Shown: piece after piece, positions 22,701 through 31,254 of the stretch | Numbering within the stretch: the stretch's first letter is position 1 | Layout: each line of letters opens with the position of its first letter | Assembly: GCA_963823335.1 (NCBI GenBank) | Contig: CAWGLD010000001.1 | Location: 1,664,001-1,728,000 of the forward strand | From: an uncultured delta proteobacterium | GTDB taxonomy: Bacteria > Desulfobacterota > Desulfobacteria > Desulfobacterales > B30-G6 | Reading direction: 5' to 3' | DNA length: 64,000 nucleotides | Notes under the pieces: generated by a model | The model's input: the letters and a program-made list of their open reading frames with translations, nothing else | The model's database searches: none | Told to the model about the DNA's origin: nothing | Program-made: the position numbers and the translations under genes

Positions 22701-24221
22701 TGTGACGGGAATTCCCTGGGCCTTGATGAGTTCGAGCTGCGCGCTCTGGCCGATGGCGACAATCACCGTGTCCCCAAAAAACGGCTGGCAGGCATTGTCA
22801 TCATATTGTGGGTTGAATCGACCCCCTTCATCAAAAACGGTCGTACAGGTTTTGAACTCGATTCCGGAAACCTTGCTGGTCTTGTCGATGAAAAAGGATT
22901 TGGGGCCGAAACTGTTGACGATCTGGATATCGCTTTCCAGGGCTTCTTCGATTTCGTGCTGCCAGGCCGGCATTTCATCCCGTGCTTCAAGACAGATCAA
23001 AGTGACGTTTTTGGCACCTTTGCGTTTGGCGGTCAGGGCGACATCGATGGCCACGTTTCCGCCGCCCACCACAACCACGTCTTCACCGATGGCAACATCT
23101 TTGCCCAGGGCGCAGTCCCTCAGAAAGTCGACACCCTGAAGAACGCCTTCGGCATCTTCGTTTTCGACACCGAGCTTACGGCCGCCGTGCAGACCTATGG
23201 CCAGAAAGACGGCGGAAAATCCATCTTTTTTCAGACTTTCAAGCGTGATATCTTGGCCAAACGTCACACCGGTCTTTATCTCGACACCCATTTTCTGAAT
23301 GACGCGAATTTCGTCGGCCAGAAGATCTCTGGGGAGACGATATTCGGGAATTCCCACGGCCATCATGCCGCCGGTGACAGGGAGTTTTTCATATATGGTT
23401 ACCTGGTAACCCTGTCTGGCCAGACAGTAGGCGGTTGTCAGGCCCGCGGGTCCGGATCCGATAATGGCCACTTTTTCTTTCCGGGCCTCGGCCACTTCCG
23501 GTATATACCAGTCACCCTGCTGCCGCTCGTAGTCCGCCAGAAAGCGATGCAGCTCCCGGATGGCAAGTGGCTGATCCACGTCGTTACGGGTACAGATCTC
23601 CTCGCAGGGGTGATGGCAGACCCTGCCGCAGATACCGGGGAAAGGATGCTCCTGCTTGAAGAGTTCAAGGGCTTCCCTGTTTTTGCCCTGGTTGATAAGG
23701 GCGATATAGCCCTGGATGCTCACATGTGCGGGGCAGGTGGCCTTGCATGGCGCGGTACCACGTTTTTCGATACCATAGGCACCAGGAATGGCCTGGGGAT
23801 ATTTCTTGAAAGCGGCTTTGCGTGTCGAGAGCCCTTCATCATATTCGTTGGAGCATGTAATGGGGCAGACCTTGGCACACTCGCCACAGCTGGTGCACTT
23901 GTCCGGGTCGATGAAGCGGGGTGTCTGGTGAACTTTTGCCGTAAAATTACCGGGTTCCCCCTTCAGATCCACCAGTTCCGTGTTGGTGAGCAGTTCGATG
24001 TTTAGATGCCGGCCGACCTCGACCAGTTTCGGTGAAATGACTCACATGGCACAGTCATTGGTGGGGAAGGTCTTGTCCAGTTGGGACATGAGCCCGCCAA
24101 TGGCTGATGATTTTTCGACCAGATAAACATAATAGCCGGATTCGGCCAGATCCAGGGCTGACTGCATCCCCGCGATTCCGCCGCCGACCACCATTGTCGC
24201 ACCTATTATATCCTTAGGCAT
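19791..24221 (-). CDS. hdrA: HdrL-type large HdrA-family flavoprotein with inserted GltD/NAD(P)H-binding module, selenoprotein (Sec60)
   Basis: GGGIAG...[23 protein letters not shown] with TGA at 24042-24044, in frame with the 1393-aa ORF; two QCVGSR/CSxxCC modules; CGRVC and GSGPAG of the GltD-like insert. Confidence 0.9.
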
Positions 24222-24649
24222 GGTTAGCTTCTCCTGAGTGTTCTGGTTGGGTTTATTTTTCCAAATCGTTGTCAGGGACGAGACACAACAAGGCGCTTCA
24301 AGGGGGCCTTGTCCACCTTTTGCCTGTCCACCACGCAAACCAAAAAGAATGTGTATATAACGGACAACGCCTTGTCAATAAAAATTGAACGTTTAAATTC
24401 CCTGTCTCGGTATCTATCCGGCATGGAGGCCGGGCTGTCACCGAGAACCTTTTAATTGCTTGAAATACAGATATAATTTTGTTTAATGTTTCGTTTTGTA
24501 AACGCTGTTATCAATCCAATTCTTTGCTTGCAAGATCTGGATTATATGATTATGTTGCTCTGCGCAGAACAACATCTGGTTATATGGATTGTATACAAGA
24601 GATATTCATCCAAAAGAAGGCAATTCAACAACGTGAAAGCGAGTATAAA

Positions 24650-26239
24650 ATGTCACAAGACAATTACAGATCCTGGCCTTTCAAAGAGGCGTTAAAACTG
24701 CAAAAACGGTATGCCGAACCTCCTTCAGGGCCGGTAAAATTCGAAACCGGATTCGGACCCAGCGGTCTGCCTCATATCGGCACCTTTGCGGAAGTGGCCC
24801 GCACCACATGGGTGCGCCAGGCTTTTGAATTCCAGACCCGTTGGCCCACGGAGCTCATCGCCTTCAGCGACGACATGGACGGTTTGCGGAAAGTACCGTT
24901 GAACATGCCGCAACAGGAGATGCTGAAAGAGAACATCGGCAAGCCTTTGTGCCAAATTCCAGATCCTTTTGGCGAATGTGAAAGCTACAGCGGTTACATG
25001 AACCAGAAGCTGAAACAGTTTCTGGACAGCTATGAATTCGATTACACGTTTCAAAGTTCCCAAGAGGCCTACACCAGGGGTGATTTCAATACAGGTTTGA
25101 CCACCATTCTACAGAATGTGGAGGCCATCAAGTCGATTATACTGCCCACCCTGAGCGAGGGCAAACGGGGGAACTGGTCTCCTTTTTTCCCAGTCTGTGA
25201 AAGCTGTGGCAGGATCAACAGCACGCGTGTTACGGCCTACCATGTGGACAGCAATACCATCGATTATGTCTGTGATCAGGAAGACGGGCTTTTGCAGAGC
25301 TGCCGCCACCACGGCACGGCATCCATATTTGACGGCAATGTCAAGGTAGGTTGGAAGGTGGACTGGGCCCTGCGCTGGTTTGCCTATGACATCGGCTATG
25401 AAATGTACGGCAAGGATCTGATTGAATCGGCAAAACTCTCGGGCAGAATTACGCGCGCCATGGGGAAGCAGCCGCCCACAGGCATCTTCTGTGAGCTTTT
25501 TCTGGATGAAGACGGCCGCAAGATATCCAAAAGTGTGGGCAAGGGCTTGACCATCGACTCCTGGACAACCTACGCCCCCCTGGGGTCGCTGCTCTACTAT
25601 ATATTTCAGAACCCCAAACAGGCCAAACGACTCTACTGGGGGATCGTTCCCAAGTCGGTGGACGAGTACCTGACAGGTTTGAAGCATTACCCGGCCCTGG
25701 AGAAAGAGAAACAGCCGGATTCGCCGATCTGGCATCTTTTCAACATGGGCGAACAAATACCGGTTTACGGGTCGTCCATCAATTTTTCGCTGATCAACAA
25801 CCTGATTTCCGCTGTTGGGGCCGATGACAGGGAGCTGATCATGGAATACCTCAAACGCCATGATCCCGGTCTGAGTGCGTGTCAGGATATTGTTACGGAC
25901 CTGGTGGACAAAGCCATGTCCTATTACCGGGATTTTGTGTTGCCGCTCAAGCGATACCGCAATCCCAGTGCGCAGGAAAAGGAGATGCTGGGACAGCTGC
26001 GCCAGGATCTGGCCGCCTGTGATATTACAGATGACAACGCGTTACAGACCATGCCGTTCGCAGTGGCCCGAATGTTCGAGGTGCAACCCGGAGACTTTTT
26101 CAGGATGTTCTATGAGGTGATTTTCGGCCAGGAGCGGGGTCCCCGTTTCGGCACCTTTGTTCAACTGGTGGGAAAAGACAAGGCGCTTTCCATGCTGGAT
26201 GAGGCCATCAGCCAAAAGCCAAACAGAACAGACTTATGA
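24650..26239 (+). CDS. lysS: Lysyl-tRNA synthetase, class I
   Basis: ETGFGPSGLPHIGT, SDDMDGLRKVP, KVDWALRW, KISKS and GPRFG motifs. Confidence 0.93.
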   Translation: MSQDNYRSWPFKEALKLQKRYAEPPSGPVKFETGFGPSGLPHIGTFAEVARTTWVRQAFEFQTRWPTELIAFSDDMDGLRKVPLNMPQQEMLKENIGKPLCQIPDPFGECESYSGYMNQKLKQFLDSYEFDYTFQSSQEAYTRGDFNTGLTTILQNVEAIKSIILPTLSEGKRGNWSPFFPVCESCGRINSTRVTAYHVDSNTIDYVCDQEDGLLQSCRHHGTASIFDGNVKVGWKVDWALRWFAYDIGYEMYGKDLIESAKLSGRITRAMGKQPPTGIFCELFLDEDGRKISKSVGKGLTIDSWTTYAPLGSLLYYIFQNPKQAKRLYWGIVPKSVDEYLTGLKHYPALEKEKQPDSPIWHLFNMGEQIPVYGSSINFSLINNLISAVGADDRELIMEYLKRHDPGLSACQDIVTDLVDKAMSYYRDFVLPLKRYRNPSAQEKEMLGQLRQDLAACDITDDNALQTMPFAVARMFEVQPGDFFRMFYEVIFGQERGPRFGTFVQLVGKDKALSMLDEAISQKPNRTDL

Positions 26240-26360
26240 CAACGGTTATATAGGGGTTGTCAGAAAAACGTTCCGATTGAGGACCTTTTTTCTGCTACAA
26301 CCCCTTATGCCGCCATCCTATTTTCGGAACATTATTATGACAAGCGGTATAACTATCCCG

Positions 26361-26487
26361 AACCCGTACATTTCACAAACTGATCGGCTCCGGAGCAAGG
26401 CATTTCAGTCTGAAGCCGTAGTGTACTACTGCGAAGACTGAATAACACAGCGCCGGAGTCGATCAGGCCATGTGAAATGTACGGGTT
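26361..26487. mobile_element. Palindromic element distantly related to family A
   Basis: 17-bp perfect terminal inverted repeats AACCCGTACATTTCACA / TGTGAAATGTACGGGTT; inner arms TGATCGGCTCCGG / CCGGAGTCGATCA. Confidence 0.75.
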
Positions 26488-26950
26488 AGCCGTGGCAGGG
26501 CTTGCATGTGCTGGTGGTTTTCGGGTTTCCATGACACCGCTTGCAGGATACGGGGTCAATTCTTCCATCGATTCTGTGCCGCGAAAGGTAGTCGCCGCGA
26601 TGCGGTGTGCGACGATAGGTTCCGGTTGGATCCCTGCGGGACGGGGTTAGTTCGATACCGACCCCATGGCAGGCATCACAGTAGCTCGGCTGGTGACACA
26701 TGCTGCAGACGTTCCGGCTCTGATAGGCCACCAGGCGATGGTCATCCGCAAAAAAAGGTGTGTGGACAAAACGTCTGAAGGGAAAATTCTCATCGGTTTC
26801 ATCGTGGCAGTCCAGACAAAACCGCAGGTCCTCCCCTTCTTCCTGGATATGCCGAATGGGCAGCGATGGCCGTTCTTCGGCGGCGCATGCCAGAAATATT
26901 CCAGTCAAAACAACCACCAGCCCTATCTTCAAAAGTGTATATCGGGTCAT
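26486..26950 (-). CDS. Pentaheme c-type cytochrome, probable lipoprotein
   Basis: CLDCH, CSMCH, CDACH, CKRCH and CKPCH; signal peptide with lipobox-like FLAC. Confidence 0.85.
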   Translation of the reverse strand: MTRYTLLKIGLVVVLTGIFLACAAEERPSLPIRHIQEEGEDLRFCLDCHDETDENFPFRRFVHTPFFADDHRLVAYQSRNVCSMCHQPSYCDACHGVGIELTPSRRDPTGTYRRTPHRGDYLSRHRIDGRIDPVSCKRCHGNPKTTSTCKPCHG

Positions 26951-26998
26951 ATGTTTTCCAGAACTGCCCCTGCATGGTTCAAGGCGGGACGCCATCCG

Positions 26999-28282
26999 TC
27001 AATATTCGTATTTTAAAACAACCGTAAGCCGGGCATCGTTGTCAAAATAAGGATCCGAGCTGTAATCCCCTGAAATCGAAAGCTGGAGCGTGTCTTCCAG
27101 AAGGTGCTTTCCGCCGCCCAGGGAAACGAACCAGGAGTGGTCTTTGCCGTAAATGTCTTTATTGTACTGAATAAAAAGAATATCGGAGCTCATAAACCAG
27201 CTTTCAGCTGTATTGAAAGGCCCATTCCAGAACAGATAGCCCCGCCCGAGGCGATACCGGTTTTCACTCGACTCGCCATCCATGATGCCGCCTTCGAGGC
27301 CATAGCGGATTGTATCGTTTGGATAGAAATTCAAAATAGCTGCCATGTATAGGCTGGTTTCACTGCGCTGATCATAATCGTACTGTTGGATTCTGATGCC
27401 TGCATCGAATGCTGGATTCTGCTGCCAGATAACATCAGTACCAATGAGCGCGAGTTTTTCTTCTGTTTTCTGCAGAAAACGAAAAGGCTGAAAATCTGTG
27501 TCCTCATCTGTAAAATAGTCTTCGAACCGATATGCCTGGTAAACCGGCTTCAGCAGCAGAGAATCCAGGGTAAAGGCGGCTTCATAGGTGTGCTCTCGCC
27601 ATTGATTGGTTTCAATGTTCCAGCTGGAGATGCCCAGCAGTGTCAGACGGGTGCTGAAACTGAAGGACGTGTCCAGACCCAGCGTATTTTCGATGATCTC
27701 ACTGTCATCGGTGATTCTTTTGTATGACAGGCCTATTTCACTGAACTGGCCGGTAGAAAAAGCTGCCCGGCCACCTAGGAAGCTGTCACCAGAGCGGCCG
27801 TTTTCTTCTTCCAGGGCGACCGGAACACCTCCGAACAGTTCGACGCTCACCCGGGGGCTGAACATTCCCAGAACCCCGATGCCATCGATACTATCATTGA
27901 TGATTCCTGAAAAAACATGCTGTCTGCCGATTTTAAGATTAAACCCGTTGGCAGGGGGCATATATTCGACATACCCGTAGAGCAGTTCCCCGTCGGTATC
28001 ATCCTCGTAATAGTCGCCATCTCCCGTATCCGCGCGCAACCATCCGTGAAGATGGAGAGAAAGCCCTTTGGTCTCGATATGTCCGTAATCAAGCTGCATG
28101 TATTCATAAACGGGAATTACCTGCCGGGATGCGCCTTTGTCGGTTTCCCACTCAAAGGCAGACAAAATAGTTTCGCTTTTCACGTGGAGCTCAGGCTCTT
28201 CTGCCGAGATGGAAAATGACAGCATCAACAGCAGTATCAGGATCGAAAACATCTGAGCGCTAATTTTGGTATGTGTCGTCAA
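26999..28282 (-). CDS. Outer-membrane beta-barrel (porin-like) protein
   Basis: Signal peptide, amphipathic beta strands, aromatic C-terminus VVLKYEY; upstream of the multiheme cytochrome. Confidence 0.7.
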   Translation of the reverse strand: MTTHTKISAQMFSILILLLMLSFSISAEEPELHVKSETILSAFEWETDKGASRQVIPVYEYMQLDYGHIETKGLSLHLHGWLRADTGDGDYYEDDTDGELLYGYVEYMPPANGFNLKIGRQHVFSGIINDSIDGIGVLGMFSPRVSVELFGGVPVALEEENGRSGDSFLGGRAAFSTGQFSEIGLSYKRITDDSEIIENTLGLDTSFSFSTRLTLLGISSWNIETNQWREHTYEAAFTLDSLLLKPVYQAYRFEDYFTDEDTDFQPFRFLQKTEEKLALIGTDVIWQQNPAFDAGIRIQQYDYDQRSETSLYMAAILNFYPNDTIRYGLEGGIMDGESSENRYRLGRGYLFWNGPFNTAESWFMSSDILFIQYNKDIYGKDHSWFVSLGGGKHLLEDTLQLSISGDYSSDPYFDNDARLTVVLKYEY

Positions 28283-28544
28283 GCGGCCATCCTTAAGCTA
28301 ACAACCCTGATGATACATGAATTCTTCCTTTTTGTAAAACATGAAAAAAGAACCGCAACAGCGGGCACATTTCCCATGGCTTGCTGTGATGTTTGTTAAT
28401 AAATGAATTTTTATTCATTTTTTTTGCGGGCTGTTAAAAACAGAGCTGAAAACATGTTCTCCATAGTAAAAATAATCTTTATCATGCTGATAAATTAGAT
28501 TATTTAAAAATAACAGTCTCTGGAATCGAAACGGAAAAATTGGC

Positions 28545-28590
28545 TTGACAAGTACTTTTATAGGGGCTAAATTGAATGAATATTCATTCA
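28545..28590 (+). promoter_or_regulatory. Sigma70 promoter with overlapping FadR(YsiA)-type operator
   Basis: TTGACA (28545)-17 bp-TAAATT (28568); perfect palindrome TGAATGAATATTCATTCA at 28573-28590. Confidence 0.8.
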
Positions 28591-28623
28591 TAAAATTTAG
28601 ACCTGTGCTCCCGGAGGTGCGAC

Positions 28624-29229
28624 ATCAATAAAAAACGTAAAGAAAATGATAAATACCATCGCATACTCGAGGCGGCTATCAAGATATTTGCCGAAAACGG
28701 GTTCTTTCAGTCGACCATTGCTCAGATTGCCAAAGAAGCCGGCGTGGCTGATGGCACCATCTATCTTTATTTCAAAAACAAAGATGATATTCTGGTTCAG
28801 TTCTTCAATTACAAGACCAAGCAGGTTTTCGGGCGCTTCAGGGAAGAGGTGGACAAGGCCGAAGATGCCATCGATAAACTTCGAAACCTGATCCGGCGTC
28901 ATCTGGAAGAGTTTCAGGCGGACCGGAATATGGCCATTCTCTACCAGTCGGAGACACACCAGCGCACACGCATGGTGGAAGATCAGATCCGGGAAATGTC
29001 GATTATGTACCTGGACATTGTCACTGAAATTGTGGAACGGGGTCAGGCACAAGGGCGTATGCGCAAAGATCTTTATCTGAGCCTGGTCAAGCGGTTTATC
29101 TTGGGGGCGGTGGATGAGGTCATCAATACCTGGCTTCATTCAGATGGGGAATATGACCTGGTAAGCATGACCGAGCCACTGGTGTCGCTCTTTATTAATG
29201 GTATCGGGAGCACTGAAACCAAGCTTTAA
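28624..29229 (+). CDS. TetR-family fatty-acid degradation regulator (Bacillus FadR/YsiA-like); probable ATC start
   Basis: Frame reads INKKRKENDKYHRILEAAIKIFAENGFFQSTIAQIAKEAGVADGTIYLYFKNKDD; in-frame TAA at 28591; GGAGGT 5 nt before the ATC. Confidence 0.85.
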   Translation: MNKKRKENDKYHRILEAAIKIFAENGFFQSTIAQIAKEAGVADGTIYLYFKNKDDILVQFFNYKTKQVFGRFREEVDKAEDAIDKLRNLIRRHLEEFQADRNMAILYQSETHQRTRMVEDQIREMSIMYLDIVTEIVERGQAQGRMRKDLYLSLVKRFILGAVDEVINTWLHSDGEYDLVSMTEPLVSLFINGIGSTETKL

Positions 29230-29260
29230 GCTAAAAAAAACATAACCAAGGAGAGAAAAA

Positions 29261-31078
29261 ATGGCACAACTACTTGCGGATCGAAGGGATGTCGATTTTG
29301 TCCTTCACGAACAGCTGGATATCGCACGCGTCAGCAAACATGAAGTCTTTGCAGAATTTAACAGAAAAACCATCGACTTGATCGTTACCGAGGCGCGAAA
29401 TCTGGCAATCAAGGAGATTTTGCCCACACGTGAAATCGGTGACAGGGAAGGCACCCGCTTCGAAAACGGTCAGGTAACCGTCCCCAAGGAATTTCACAAA
29501 GCCTATGAACTCTTTGTCGAGGGTGAATGGCTGGCCATGACCGAAGACCCGGAATGGGGTGGTCAGGGGATGCCGAGAACAGTGGCTCTCTCGGCCGGAG
29601 ACTATTTCAATGCTGCCAATTATGCCTTCATGATGTACCCGGGCTTGACCCACGGTGCCGGAAAGCTTGTGGAGTCATTTGGAACGGACAAACTCAAGAA
29701 GACCTTTCTCAAAAAAATGTATACAGGCAAGTGGACCGGGACCATGCTGCTGACGGAGCCGGAGGCTGGATCGGATGTAGGGGCATTGACCACGACGGCG
29801 ACCAGAAATGAAGACGGGACCTACAGCATTGCCGGCAGCAAGATTTTCATTTCTTCAGGTGAACACGATCTTTCTGAGAATATCATCCATCCGGTTCTTG
29901 CACGTATCGAAGGGGCGCCGGAGGGCACCAAGGGCATCTCCCTGTTTCTGGTTCCCAAAATATGGGTCAATGATGACGGCAGTCTGGGCGAACCGAACGA
30001 TGTTGTCTGTACCGGTACGGAAGAAAAGATGGGAATTCATGGCAATTCAACCTGCTCTTTGACACTGGGTGGCAAGGGCAATTGCCGGGGTATGCTGCTG
30101 GGAGAAGAAAACAAAGGCATGCGGGCCATGTTTCTGATGATGAACGAAGCCCGGCTTCTTGTGGGGCTTCAGGCCTTGAGCTGTGCCAGCGCCTCCTATC
30201 TTAATGCCGTCAATTATGCCCGGGAGCGCGTTCAGGGTAAACATCTTCTGAGCTTCATGGACGAAAACGCAACCGCAGTACCCATTATACAGCACCCGGA
30301 TATCCGGCGTCAGCTGCTGACCATGAAAGCCTATGTCGAGGGCATGCGAAGCCTGCTGTACTATGTGGCCTATTGCGACGACATGATCGAAATTTCAGAC
30401 GACGATGCGGAAAAAGCCAAGTACAAGGGGCTTGTGGATATCCTGATTCCCCTGGCCAAGGGCTATGTTTCAGATCATGCATATGATGTATGCAATATCG
30501 GTATGCAGGTGTACGGTGGGTATGGATACATAAGGGAATACCCCCAGGAACAACTTGTCCGGGACTGTAGAATTACCATGATATACGAGGGTACCAACGG
30601 CATCCAGGCCATGGACCTTTTGGGCAGAAAACTTGGCATGAACGAAGGCAAGCCGATTATGGATCTTCTGGGAGAAGTCCAGTCGGTGATCGCCATGGCC
30701 AAGGCCATTCCGTCTCTGACGGATCTTGCGGAAAAGCTCACCGAGACCGTCAACAGGCTGGGTGAGGTTGCCATACACATGGGCAAGACAGCCATGTCTG
30801 AAAAGGCCTTGGATGCCTTTGCATTTGCCTATCCCTTCATGGAGGTCATGGGTGATGTCACCATGGCCTGGATGTTGCTCTGGCGGGCATCCATTGCAGC
30901 CAAACGCCTGGACGAGGGAGCAAAGAAAAAAGATCAGGCCTTTTATGAGGGCCAAACCAGGAGTGCTGAATTTTTTATCCATTCGATACTGCCGGTCAGT
31001 ATGGGCAAAATGAATGCAATTCTGAACTGCAACGATGCCATTACCCGTATTTCAGAAGATGCCTTTGGCGGGAAATAA
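29261..31078 (+). CDS. Acyl-CoA dehydrogenase
   Basis: LTEPEAGSDVG, KIFISSG, KMGIHG, GGYGY and IYEGTNGIQ motifs. Confidence 0.95.
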   Translation: MAQLLADRRDVDFVLHEQLDIARVSKHEVFAEFNRKTIDLIVTEARNLAIKEILPTREIGDREGTRFENGQVTVPKEFHKAYELFVEGEWLAMTEDPEWGGQGMPRTVALSAGDYFNAANYAFMMYPGLTHGAGKLVESFGTDKLKKTFLKKMYTGKWTGTMLLTEPEAGSDVGALTTTATRNEDGTYSIAGSKIFISSGEHDLSENIIHPVLARIEGAPEGTKGISLFLVPKIWVNDDGSLGEPNDVVCTGTEEKMGIHGNSTCSLTLGGKGNCRGMLLGEENKGMRAMFLMMNEARLLVGLQALSCASASYLNAVNYARERVQGKHLLSFMDENATAVPIIQHPDIRRQLLTMKAYVEGMRSLLYYVAYCDDMIEISDDDAEKAKYKGLVDILIPLAKGYVSDHAYDVCNIGMQVYGGYGYIREYPQEQLVRDCRITMIYEGTNGIQAMDLLGRKLGMNEGKPIMDLLGEVQSVIAMAKAIPSLTDLAEKLTETVNRLGEVAIHMGKTAMSEKALDAFAFAYPFMEVMGDVTMAWMLLWRASIAAKRLDEGAKKKDQAFYEGQTRSAEFFIHSILPVSMGKMNAILNCNDAITRISEDAFGGK

Positions 31079-31254
31079 TAAATTTTAGGTGTTATCAACC
31101 AAGAATACCGGAAGTATATGCCATCTGAAGGGGCTTGCCCGGGTGGCGGTTTTATGGTAACGACTTCTGCGGTTATGAAACAGATTTAGGGTGAACCATG
31201 GCTCAATAAAATCTTTGCACGTTTTTATGCGGGTATAGAAAAGGATACGATTCA

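Noticed and set aside
12702-24338. Split fdhA, hdrD-like, mvhD and hdrA ORFs as pseudogenes
   Set aside because: All four breaks are single in-frame TGA codons at conserved Cys positions followed by hairpins, which fits selenocysteine better than decay
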